Under the pieces are notes generated by a model that saw nothing but the letters and a program-made list of their open reading frames with translations, did no database searches and was not told the origin of the DNA. This document shows, in pieces, positions 13,599-26,240 of a stretch of 64,000 nucleotides of DNA. The translations under genes and the position numbers were made by a program. Numbering within the stretch: position 1 is the stretch's first letter; every line of letters starts with the position of its first letter. Source of the stretch: Octopus vulgaris (taxonomy: Eukaryota); contig OX597837.1 in the NCBI GenBank assembly GCA_951406725.2, positions 5,022,001 through 5,086,000 of the forward strand, in the 5' to 3' direction.

Positions 13599-13706
13599 GT
13601 ATATATATATGTGTGTGTGTGTGTGAGTGTGTAGACTGTTATGTAAACACACAGTCACACACACACACACACACACACAAGCGTTTTCTCTCTCTCTCTC
13701 TCTTTC

Positions 13707-13739
<33 letters not shown>

Positions 13740-13867
13740 TTCTCTCTCTGATGTATTTTACTAATATTACTAATATATATCCCCGCATGTATATATTCAT
13801 ACAAGTCTAAAAATATTTTTGTATACATCAATATAAATATTATTTTAATACTAGCAAGTGCTTGTGC

Positions 13868-13899
<32 letters not shown>

Positions 13900-14188
13900 T
13901 TTGAATAAATATACTGACTAATTGGTGTACATTAATATATATGAATGCTTACACACACATACACACCACACCAGAACATAAAGACTTTTGTGTGGTCTGT
14001 ATTTGCAATAATTGAATTTTTGGGGAAAGTGTAAAATTTGCTCTGTACGTGTAACGCTTTTAGCAGCGGTTTTCTGTTTTCTTTTCATGTTTTAAACACT
14101 CCTAGAGGGAGTGTTTGTATACAAATTACTTTGGTAATATCATCTGATCAAAATTTTCCAACACACTGTGTTATTTTTGAGAAACCTT

Positions 14189-14240
<52 letters not shown>

Positions 14241-14252
14241 AATATATATATA

Positions 14253-14495
14253 TCATCATCATCATCGTTTAACGTCCGTTTTCCATGCTAGCACGGGTTG
14301 GACAGTTTGACCAGGGATCTGTGAAGCCAGGAGGCTGCACCAGGCGCCAGTCTGATCTGGCAGTGTTTCTACAGCTGGATGCCCTTCCTAACGCCAACCA
14401 CTCTGTGAGTGTAGTGGGTGCTTTTTACGTGCCACTGGCACAGGTGCCAGGGGAGGCTGGCAGTGGCCACGATCGGTTAGTACTTTTTACGTGCC
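14253..14495 (-). mobile_element. RTE-clade LINE 3' UTR fragment
   Basis: Same UTR as 857-1105. Confidence 0.8.
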
Positions 14496-14534
14496 ACATA
14501 CATTATATTACATTTTATATATATATATATATAT

Positions 14535-14650
14535 CGTTAATCCAAACATGGAAACACAAAGAGCAAACACAACAACGCAAGGACGTGGAACAAGTATAGC
14601 GTTATTGGACGCTCAGAAAAGGAAAGAAAGAAGGAGGATTTAATGTTTTG
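14535..14650 (-). mobile_element. Family D repeat, truncated inside the HHR
   Basis: gttaatccaaacatg...ttattggacgctcag...ggatttaatgttttga. Confidence 0.7.
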
Positions 14651-14659
14651 ATATATATA

Positions 14660-15536
14660 TCATCATCATCATCCTCATCATCGTCATTGTTTAATTTTTG
14701 CTTTCCAAGTTGGCATGGGTTGGATGGTTTGACTGAGAATTGGCAGGGTGAGAGGCTGCACCAGGCCCCATTCTGATTTGGAAAGGTTTCTACAGCTGGA
14801 TGCTCTTCCTAATGCCAACCACTCTGAGAGTGTAGTGAGTGATTTTTACATCCAACTGGCACAGGAGCCAGACAGGCAGCACTGGCATCGGCCATGCTTG
14901 AATGGTGCTTGCTATGTGCCACTGGCATGGGTGCCACATGCTTGAACGGAGCTTGTTATGTGCCACCGGTATGGGTGCCAGTCAGGTAGCATTGACATCA
15001 GCCATGCTTGAATGGTGTTTTTTATGTGCCACTGGCACAGTTTCCAGCCAGGCAGCCCTGGTATCAGCCATACTCAAGTGGTGCTTTTTCCGTGTCATCA
15101 GCATTGGGTTCCAGTCACGCGGCTCTGGAATCAGCCACGACAACAATTTGACTTGGTTCAACAGGTCTTCACAAGCACAGCTTATTGGCCAATGATTGAA
15201 GGGTGCTTTTAAATGGGTCAGTTATGTGACACACGCATCAGCAACAGCTATGATCTCTTGCTGGGACTTCTCAAGCATGGCATATCTCCAAAGGTCTCAG
15301 TCGCTTGTCATTTCCTTGGTGAGGTCCAATGTTTGAAGGTCATGCTTCACCTCCTTATCCCATGTCTTCCTGGGTCTACCTCTTCCACAAGTTCCCTCAA
15401 CTGTTAGGGTGTGGTACTTCTTCGCATAGCTGTCCTCATCAATACACATCAAATGACCATACCAGCACAGTTGTCCCTCTTGCACACAACATCTGAAGCT
15501 TCTTATGTCCAACTTTTCTCCCAGAGCACTAAACAT
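14660..15536 (-). mobile_element. 5'-truncated RTE-clade LINE: reverse-transcriptase ORF C-terminus (about 15255-15536) plus 3' UTR
   Basis: Translation LCWYGHLMCIDEDS...VEGTCGRGRPRKTWDKEVKHDL...SD*DLWRYAMLEK has the RTE C-terminal RLRWxGH / GRPRKTW motifs; premature TGA where the 31148 copy has CGA. Confidence 0.85.
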
Positions 15537-15607
15537 TCTTCAAGGCAATACCACAGCTGGGCCTAGTCTAATGACTGAAACAATTAAACGATAATATATA
15601 TATATAC

Positions 15608-16030
<423 letters not shown>

Positions 16031-16031
16031 A

Positions 16032-16116
<85 letters not shown>

Positions 16117-16140
16117 GTATATATATATGTATATATATAC

Positions 16141-16189
<49 letters not shown>

Positions 16190-16199
16190 TTATACTCAT

Positions 16200-16358
16200 G
16201 ATGGGTTTGTTTCAGTTTCTGCCAACCAAATCCACTCACAAGGCTTTGGTCGACCAGAAGTTTATTGTAGATGACGCTTGCCCAAGGTGCCACGCAGTGG
16301 GACTGAACCCAGAACCATGTGGTTGGTAGGCAAGCTTCTTACCACACAGCCACTCCTG
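16200..16358 (-). mobile_element. SINE family A head
   Basis: Similarity to family A head. Confidence 0.85.
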
Positions 16359-16777
16359 AACCTAAATACACACACACATGTATGTATATATGTATGTATA
16401 TATATGTATATATGTTACGTCAAAACAATCCTTAAATGTTTTCCCTTGTGTAATGTTACGAAATTACCAGAATAAAAGGTTTTTTTAATATTGAATTGTT
16501 CCACATGTTCTTTCAAAATAATTCTCCCTCCCAGGGGACGATGTGCCCATCTCTAACCCTAGCTGGGACAACCCTATTATATGAGTGCAGAAGAACTTTT
16601 CTTCATAGTATTATTTATAGATATAGACTGACATTCATATACATACATGTACAATATGCCTATACACTTGCTTACACATATATGTATATACATGTATATG
16701 TGCATGTATATACATACATGCATATATATGTATATACATATATATGTATGTATATGTATATGTCTATATATAATATA

Positions 16778-16823
<46 letters not shown>

Positions 16824-16946
16824 TATATATATATATATTCATATACATATACATATATATATATAAATATATATATATATATGTATACACATATATATTC
16901 AAACACACACATATATATACATATTTATATATATATATATATATAT

Positions 16947-16977
<31 letters not shown>

Positions 16978-16986
<9 letters not shown>

Positions 16987-17300
16987 ATTGGTGAATTGAA
17001 GAAATGGAGCTGAACGCAGACTGAACAGAAATCGTTTTATTTCATTCTACACGTGTTTCGAAAGGCACAAATTACCAAAATCCGATTGAATAATGGGACC
17101 ATATTGTGTCTTTCTCTTCAGGAAGAAAATAGAAATCCGGATTTCCTATTTTCTTCCTGAAGAGAAAGACACAATATGGTCCCATTATTCAATCGGATTT
17201 TGGTAATTTGTGCCTTTCGAAACACGTGTAGAATGAAATAAAACGATTTCTGTTCAATCTGCGTTCAGCTCCATTTCTTCAATTCACCAATAATGTTTTA
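16978..17300. mobile_element. Near-perfect 323-bp palindrome with a hammerhead motif on each strand (inverted pLTR-like)
   Basis: Arms 16978-17138 and 17139-17300, no spacer; + strand UUC-CUGAAGA (17157-63)-GAAAG...CUUUC-GAAA-CACGUG-UA-GAA. Confidence 0.85.
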
Positions 17301-17446
17301 AGTTCAATTATCCGCACCAACGCACGGTTGCAACACCATATGGTTGTACCTCCAACCGTGCTGTTTACTGCTGTGATTTTTGCTACTAAGGTATCGGTTA
17401 AACTTTTGATTAATCTACTACAAGATTATTCATCTTTCTATTTCAC

Positions 17447-17498
<52 letters not shown>

Positions 17499-17629
17499 TA
17501 TATACATATATATATATACATATATATGTATATACACACACATATATATACATATATATGTATATACATATATATACATATACATATATATACATATACA
17601 TATATATACATATACATATATGTGTAAGC

Positions 17630-17664
<35 letters not shown>

Positions 17665-18020
17665 CATGCAAGCACATATATACACACACATATACACAAT
17701 GCATGCACATAGATATATAGATATACAGACACACTCAGACACACAAATATACATGCATTCTACACACATACACACATATATAAATGTGTGGAATCTTTTA
17801 TCCATTTATTCATTTCAGACATGAAGCTGCGGTCATGCTGGAGCACCACTGTGGCTTTGCTGATTTCCTCAGGCTAGGGGCGGGGTTTCAGATCACCACT
17901 CCTGCATGTGCCTTTGTCCCAGCTGTCAGCCCATTTGGTGTATGAGGGAGTGTGGCTCTGCTGCCCATGTCTGCATCTCATGCCGGGCATATATAGATAT
18001 TAACACACACATACACACAA

Positions 18021-18055
<35 letters not shown>

Positions 18056-18056
<1 letters not shown>

Positions 18057-18277
18057 TCTTTTATTCTTTTATTTGTTTCAGCCATTTGACTGCGGCCATG
18101 CTGGAGCACCACCTTTAGTCGAGTAAATTAACCTTAGGACTTATTCTTTGTAAGCCTAGTACTTGTTCTATCGATCTTTTTTGCCGAACCACTAAGTTAT
18201 GGGGACGTAAATACACCAGCATTGTTTGTCAAGCGATGTTGGGGGCATAAACACAGACACACAAATATATACACACG

Positions 18278-18324
<47 letters not shown>

Positions 18325-18368
18325 GACAGGCTTCTTTCAGTTTCTGTTTGCCAAATCCACTCACAAGG

Positions 18369-18370
<2 letters not shown>
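18056..18370 (-). mobile_element. SINE family A, 5'-truncated (extra tail piece at 18408-18471)
   Basis: Similarity to family A. Confidence 0.85.
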
Positions 18371-18409
<39 letters not shown>

Positions 18410-18507
18410 TCTTTTATTCTTTTGCTTCTTTCAGTCAATTGACTGCAGCCATGCTGGAGCACCACCTTTAGTCAAACACACACATATATAAACACATTAC
18501 ATGGATA

Positions 18508-18672
18508 CACTAGCGTAGCTAGAGTGTGTACTGCCAAAGGGCAGCCCTTCTGTTTGCTGCCTGTGCCCCCACAAAAAGCACATATTGCCAACAGCAGACA
18601 CAAAAGTGGTGCCCCTTTAAAAGTGCCACCTGGGGGCAGACCACCCCTGCTGCCCCCCTAGCTATGTTTGTG
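18508..18672. mobile_element. Small GC-rich MITE-like element
   Basis: Imperfect TIRs cactagcgtagctag / ctagctatgtttgtg. Confidence 0.4.
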
Positions 18673-18904
18673 CATGCATACAAACCTTACATAACTACAT
18701 GCATTCATTACATCACATACATACAATATATTATCTATATACATACCTTACATGCATTATATACAACCATACATGTATACATACATACGCACATATATTT
18801 CATATATGCATTACATACATATTAATAGTACAGGCATACGTACATGCACACATATTATATATATACATACATATTACAGGCTGTATCCTACACCAGTTTC
18901 GCAT

Positions 18905-19402
18905 AACCAGCCCCAGCCCATTCAAAAGTACCTTGGATCGTAGGAAAACCTGCTGTGCTTGAGGAGACCTATTGAGTCAAGTATATCAGCATCAAAATAA
19001 AAGTCAAATGGAAATTGTAGTTGTTATACCCGTGCTGGTGGCATGTAAAACACACCATCCAAACTTGGCTGATGCCAGCGCCACCTTGACTGGCTTCTGT
19101 GCCAGTTGCACATAAAAAGCACTAACTGACTGTGGCCACTGCCAGCACCCTCAGGCCCCTGTGCTGGTGGCATGTAAAAAGCACCAACCGATCATGGCCA
19201 TTGGCAGCCTTCCCAGGCCCCTGTGCCAGTGGCATGTAAAAAGTGGTTGGTGTTAGGAAGGGCATCCAATTGTAGAAACACTGCCAGATCAGACTGGAGC
19301 CTGGTGCAGCCTCCTGCCTTCCCAGACCCCGGTTGAACCATCCAACCCATGCTAGCATGGAAAACGGACGTTAAACGATGACGATGATGATGATGATGAT
19401 GA
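18905..19402 (+). mobile_element. RTE-clade LINE 3' UTR with internal sub-repeats
   Basis: Repeated gtgcc.gtggcatgtaaaaagcac; terminal ggaagggcatcc...cgttaaacgatgacgatgatgat. Confidence 0.8.
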
Positions 19403-19418
19403 TATACACACATACACT

Positions 19419-19753
19419 CAGTGGAGCTTTGATTGACAAATGTCTCCCATCATGAAGAAATCAGCTTACGAAAAAATTTAAATATTAAAAGGTTTCATGT
19501 GATAAACTTTGTCTTGAGTGATGAACATGCAACCCAGCAACATGCAAGCCATGCACATTGGCGACAAGCTGGGATTATCAGCAGGAGAGCCCCAGCTGCT
19601 GCTGTCTAGCTTTAACTCAGTGCACATCTCAGCTCGAATTTACCATTCCTTCTCCTGGATTTACCATGAGAAAAAATGGTTTCGGTTAACAAATATTTTG
19701 GGTGGCGAACAGCCTTCAGGAATGAATTAAATTCATAAATAGAGGTTCCCCTG
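19419..19753. mobile_element. Tigger/pogo-like MITE; second partial copy at about 20395-20578
   Basis: Ends cagtggagctttgattgacaaat / attcataaatagaggttcccctg|ta; body repeated at 20404-20578. Confidence 0.55.
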
Positions 19754-19758
19754 TATGT

Positions 19759-20043
19759 ATCATCATCATCATCATCATCGTCGTCGTCGTCGTCGTCATC
19801 ATCATCATCATCATTATCATCATCATCGTCATCATCATCATCATCATCATCATCGTCGTTGTTGTCATCGTCGTCGTCATCATCATCATCATCGTCATCA
19901 TCATCATCATCATCATCATCGTCATCATCGTCATCATCGTCGTTGTCGTCGTCATCATCCTCATCATCATCATCATCTTCATCATCGTCATCATCATCAT
20001 CATCATCATCGTCGTCGTCGTCGTCGTCATCATCATCATCATT

Positions 20044-20079
<36 letters not shown>

Positions 20080-20137
20080 GTCGTTGTTGTCATCGTCATC
20101 GTCATCATCATCATCATCATCATCATCATCGTCGTCG

Positions 20138-20181
<44 letters not shown>

Positions 20182-20294
20182 GTCATCATCGTCGTCATCG
20201 TCGTCGTCGTCATAATCATCATCATCATCATCATCATCGTCGTCGTCATCAGCATCATCATCATCATCACCATCGTTGTTGTCGTCATCATCAT
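19759..20294. repeat. (CAT/CGT)n trinucleotide array
   Basis: Directly visible. Confidence 0.95.
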
Positions 20295-20658
20295 CCTTTA
20301 ACACCTGTTTTTTTTGCTGGTATGGGTTCGACGTTTTGACCAGAGCTTGGAAGCTGGGAAGCTGCACCAGGTTCCAGTCTGAACTAGTTTGATTTCTGCA
20401 AGTGATAAGCTGGGATTATCAGCATCAGAACATCAGTTGCTGTCTATCGTTTGCTCAGAGCACATCCTGGTTTGAACTTACCATTCTTTCTCTTGAATTT
20501 ACTATGAGAAATATAGCTTTGCTATACAAACATTTCGGATGACGAATGATTTAAATTCATAAGCAGTGGTTTCACAGTATATACATAGATACATACATAC
20601 ACACACATACATACATACATACATACATACACACATACATACGTACATGTATACATAC

Positions 20659-20693
<35 letters not shown>

Positions 20694-20951
20694 CATATAC
20701 AAACATATATGCATATACATACATACATATACATACATATATACATATGTGTGTATATATGTACATACACATACACACACATATATACATACATACCTAC
20801 ATACATACACACACACATACATACATACACAGATACACACATATATACATGCACACACATACACACAAACGTACACACATTACTAACAAACACACACACA
20901 TGCTCACATACTTATATACACAAGCACAATCACATACACAAACTCATGCAT

Positions 20952-21004
<53 letters not shown>

Positions 21005-21684
21005 TAATAACAGCTTTCAGCCTTTTTTCTATCCACCAAAATTCCTCTCACAAAATTTTTGTCAACCAGAACTACAAAAGAAGATATTTCTTTTTCACGC
21101 AAACTGCTGTACAATGGGATCGAACCTCCAAAACCCATGTAGTTACAAAACATAAACTCCTTAACCACTTGGCCATGCCTGTGTCAAGCACACCCTCTAT
21201 TTCTCCCTCGCTGCAACAAAAACAAACAAAAAACAACAACAAAAAACCCCCCAGTAGCTAATCTCTTCCCCCATCCAGTTGCAGAGATATTTGATCAATA
21301 TAAACATGTAGCAAAAAGAAGGCAGACATTTCTGAGAAGTTAGTGACCTGGATGCTTGGTCATGTCAATAACATAAGAGATAAGGACAAAAGATAGCCAA
21401 CCCAGCCTATCTGGAACCAGTCAGGAAAAGGGCGAGGAAGGGCCTGGGAAGAAAACTACTTATGTGTGGGAGGTTAGGCAGAGGTTGGGGTGTTTGGTGG
21501 GTTCAGAGTTAGGTTTCAAATGCTAAATATCTTAAACCTATTTGCTGACATAATATTGCACACAGTCTTGTAGGATGACATGTTAGAAATAGCAGTTAAG
21601 TGCCACTCAAAAGCATAAAGATCTTTCAGACAGTGACTGTGTTTTTGCTAGATTTTTGAAATATATATATATTACGCTTTGGAA

Positions 21685-21990
21685 GACCAATTCAGTCAAG
21701 TAAAATCAAAATCAAAATCAAATGAAGATCGAAATCAAAATGGAAATTGTAGTTGTGGTCGAAGCCAGTGCTGCCTGACTGGCTCCCCGTGCCAGCGGCA
21801 TGTAAAACGCACCATCCGAACGTGATCGATGCCAGTGCCACCTGACTGGCACCCATGCTGGTGGCACATAATAAGCACCATTCAATTGTGGGTTGATGCT
21901 GGTGTCACCTAACTGGCTCCCTGTGCCAGTGACATGTAAAAAGCACCATCTGAACATAGTTGATGCCAGTGCCACCTGACTGGCTCCTAT
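21685..21990 (+). mobile_element. RTE 3' UTR sub-repeat region
   Basis: Tandem cctgactggctccc.gtgcc.gtggca.gtaaaaagcaccat units. Confidence 0.7.
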
Positions 21991-22067
21991 GCAGTGGGAC
22001 TGAACTTAGAACCATATGGTTGGTAAGCAAGCTACTTACCACACAGACATGCCAGCACCTTAGGAAT

Positions 22068-22322
22068 TTTATTCTTTTATTATTTTATTTGTTTCGGTCA
22101 TTTGACTGTGGCCATGCTGGAGCACTGCCTTTAGTCAAACAAATCAACCCCAGGACTTTTCTTTATAAGCCTAGTTCTTATTCTACCAGTCGTCTTTGTC
22201 CAACTGCTAAGTTACGGGGATTCAAACACACCAAAATTGGTTGTCAAGTGATGGTGGTGGGGAGACAAACACAGATGCACAAACATATACACTTACATAC
22301 ATACATACATACATATATATAT

Positions 22323-22370
<48 letters not shown>

Positions 22371-22524
22371 CATATATATATATACGATAGGCTTCTTTCA
22401 GTTTCCGTCTACCAAAACCACTCACAAGGCATTGGTCGGCCCGGGGCTATAGTAGAAGACACTTGCCCAAAGTGCCACGCAGTGGGACTGAACCCAGAAC
22501 CATGTGGTTGGTAAGCAAGCTACT
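22068..22524 (-). mobile_element. SINE family A, near full length
   Basis: Similarity to family A. Confidence 0.85.
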
Positions 22525-23263
22525 TTATTTCAAAATTTTGCCATATGGGCATAACACAGAGGAAGTAGCTTGCGGGCTGGACAAAAACATTGATGAGATG
22601 AGTGATAAAAAGGATGATATTGATGGGAGAAAACAAAAGACGCCCACCGATCCTTTGCTTCCCTAAAACACTGTTCTTTTTTCCTTTTTTCTTTTTCTTT
22701 ATAAAAACATTTCATGACTTATTACATAATAATAACAGACAAAACATAAATCATAAATTGAGGCGCAACGACCCTTATTGATAATCCCCGATCAAATCTC
22801 TTGCTGCCTGTAGGCATTCCCGCAGCAGCAAGTGGGGGACCCAGAAAAGGTAGTTATACTCATCCTTCGAAACGTAATCAATTATTTTATCAAAATAACT
22901 CTCATCCATGACCTCCGCAGCCCCCTGCGGAGGCTAGTATGGACTATCCATGCAGGTCGGGACCACCCATTCCCGACCTTCAAAACTATCCACAAAGTTC
23001 TCTACGGAACTTCCCTTGAGATAAAAGACCACATATTCTTCGTTATTTTTACTGGGAGGGGCCATAGCCTCCTCCACCAGTGGCACAATTCCCACCGATG
23101 AAGTTTTGGTACATGCCGACAGAGCATTGCAAACCACCAGCACTGTCCAATTCTTCCCCTGCCATCACTACTACCACCATCACATCTACTCCCTATCACC
23201 AGCGCCTCTACCACCACCACCACCACTGCCACTGCTATTGCCACCACCACCAGCGCCACTACC

Positions 23264-23732
23264 TATTTCTTTATTATCCACAAGGGGCTAAACACAGAGG
23301 GGACAAACAAGGACAGACATAGGTATTAAGTCGATTACATCGACCCCAGTGCGTAACTGGTACTTAATTTATAAGGCGGCGAGCTGGCAGAAACGTTAGC
23401 ACGCCGAGCGAAATGCGTAGCCGTATTTCGTCAGCCGCTACGTTCTGAGTTCAAATTCCGCCGAGGTCGACTTCGCCTTTCATCCTTTCGGGGTCGATAG
23501 ATTAAGTACCAGTTACGCACTGGGGTCGATATAATCGACTTAATCCATTTGTCTGTCCTTGTTTGTCCCCTCTGTGTGTAGCCCCTCGTGGGTAGTAAAG
23601 AAATATGTACTTAATTTATCGACCCCGAAAGCATGAAAGGCAAAGTCGACCTCGGCGGAATTTGAACTCACAACGTAATGGCAGAGGAAATACCGCTAAG
23701 CATTTCGCCCGGCATGCTAACATTTCTGCCAG
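23264..23732 (-). mobile_element. SINE family C (host copy, split by a nested insertion)
   Basis: 23264-23372 plus 23620-23732 reassemble into the reverse complement of the 35099-35326 consensus. Confidence 0.85.
23373..23606 (+). mobile_element. SINE family C, full length, nested insertion with 13-bp TSD
   Basis: ggcggcgagctggcagaaacgttagc...gagttcaaattcc...gtaaagaaata; TSD gtacttaatttat at 23360-23372 and 23607-23619. Confidence 0.9.
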
Positions 23733-24177
23733 CACCACTACCACCACTGCTCCTGCCACCACTACTGTCACTGGCACTACTACCACCGCTGCGACCACCA
23801 CCACCACCATCACTGTCACCACTACCACCAGCATCCCCGCCACTTCCACCGACACCACTCAGTGCCAAATTACCCCCAGTTCACACACTTCTAGTTTTAC
23901 AAAAAAGGGATGGATGAATTGGTTAAAGCAATCCCAGATATAATATGTCTCAAAGTATAACAGGATGCAGTTCCAGATGAGCGATTCCCAAATTTTATAC
24001 CACAAGGAGTCTGTAGGTGCATCCCAGACTATTTTTGTTTTTAAAAAAAAGGGCAATCTGACCCTTTAGCAATTTTCTGTTGCAATACATTACCTTTTAA
24101 TTGATTTTGAAAATAATGACAAATTCAGTAAAATAACTGCCATTATTAACCATTTCCTTACTATATTTCTGTTAAAA

Positions 24178-24220
<43 letters not shown>

Positions 24221-24705
24221 AATAAAGTATATATATATATGCATATTTATATATATATATACATATTTATATATGCATATATATATGTATAGATATAAAT
24301 ACATATATAATTTCTCTCTCTCTCTCTCTCTCTGCATATATATAGTAGAAATATGTTACAAAAAGAAAATATGAAATACAAAATACACGTGGAAATGTAA
24401 GGGGTAAATATGAAAAATCAACGAAAATGCACATTGCAAATAAAAAAAGGCTTTTTTTTATGACAGGTAACGACAAATATATACATTTAGATTGACTGAG
24501 GTAGTAATACGAGTCATAAAAGTCATTATTATGAGATGATTATAAGATGATAATAAAGTAAGAGAACAAAGCGAACCATGGTTTCGGCAAAGCTATTCAT
24601 TGCTTTGAAAACACCGGCTAATACACGGTGTCAGGTCTAGTAGTTCCTGAGAAAAAAGATTATTTGTAAGGAAAGTAAGTAGTTCTGGATTATTTGTAAG
24701 GGAAG

Positions 24706-24737
<32 letters not shown>

Positions 24738-24999
24738 CATCATCACCATTTAACATCTGCCTTGCATGCTAGCATGGGTGGGACACACACACACACACAC
24801 ACATATATTTAGTGTTGGGAAGAGAGAGCACTCAGTACCATAACAGAGTTTAATAATATTCTTTTTTCCGTTAAGTCAGTACCTTGCTATTCTGGAGTTT
24901 TACCTGTACACACAGGTGTACATGTGTGTGTGTGTGTATTTGTATGTTGGTGTTTCCTTGCTTCAATGTCATGTGGTAGGTTGTTACAAACCTCTGTCA

Positions 25000-25212
25000 T
25001 TGTCATACAAGTTGCATCCTTTATTTCAAGTGTTGTGTAAAAAAACAAAAAAAAAAGACATGTCGGGCCATGGGGAAATATTATGTATACTTGGAAACAG
25101 ACAAGGGGTTGGCAACACGAAGGGCATCTGGTTGTATTAAAAAATCTGCCTCAGTGGATTCTACCCGACCCATGGTTAGCATGGGAAAGTGGATGCTAAA
25201 ACAATGATGAAA
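25000..25212 (+). mobile_element. SINE/LINE 3' tail of RTE type ending in (GAT)n
   Basis: ggttggcaacacgaagggcatctgg...cccatggttagcatgggaaagtggatgctaaaacaatgatga. Confidence 0.6.
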
Positions 25213-25317
25213 TGATGATGATGATGATGATGGTGGTGATGATGATGAGGATAACGAAGATGATGATGATGGGAATGATGATGATAATGATAATGATGAG
25301 GATGACAACGATGATGG

Positions 25318-25352
<35 letters not shown>

Positions 25353-25561
25353 ATGATGATGATGATAATGATGATGATAATGATTATGATGACGATGATG
25401 ATGATGATGACAATGATGATGATGATGATGACTACGATGACAATGATGATGATGATGACGATGATGACTGATGATGATGATGATGATGATGATGACGACG
25501 ATGATGATGATGTTGATGATGAGAATGACGACGATGATTATGATGATGACGATGTTGATGT

Positions 25562-25593
<32 letters not shown>

Positions 25594-25654
25594 GTGATTA
25601 TGATGATGATCCTGCTGCTACTGCTGCTGCTGATGATGATGACGACGATGATGG

Positions 25655-25691
<37 letters not shown>

Positions 25692-25701
25692 GATGATGAG
25701 A

Positions 25702-25738
<37 letters not shown>

Positions 25739-26033
25739 CAATGATGATGATGATGATGATTATGATGATGATGATAATGATGATGATAATGATGATGATG
25801 ACAATGATGATGATGATGATGACTACGATGACGATGATGATGATGACGATGATGACTGATGATGATGATGATGATGACGACGATGATGATGATGTTGATG
25901 ATGATGATGTTGATGATGAGAATGACGACGATGATTATGATGATGACGATGATGATGATGATGATGGTGATTATGATGATGATCCTGCTGCTACTGCTGC
26001 TGCTGATGATGATGATGATGACGACGATGATGG

Positions 26034-26064
<31 letters not shown>

Positions 26065-26240
26065 GATGATGATGGATGATGATGATGATGATGATTATGA
26101 TGATGATGATGATGATGATAATGATTATGATGATGATGATGATGATGACAAGGATGACGACAACACTGAAGATAATGACGGCAATGATGATGAGGACAAG
26201 GACATCAAAGACGATAACGAAGGCAAGGAAGCTGATGATA
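25205..26240. repeat. About 1-kb (GAT)n array expanded from the element tail
   Basis: Directly visible. Confidence 0.95.

Noticed and set aside
15297-15536. Host gene CDS
   Set aside because: It is the C-terminus of an RTE LINE ORF with a premature stop, with other copies in the window.
19612-20367. 251-aa poly-Asp ORF (and poly-Asp/Met ORFs at 25212-26411) resembling acidic biomineral proteins
   Set aside because: Open in several frames and strands, adjacent to RTE-type tails that end in (GAT)n, and the 25-kb array has frame-breaking indels; this is simple repeat expansion.
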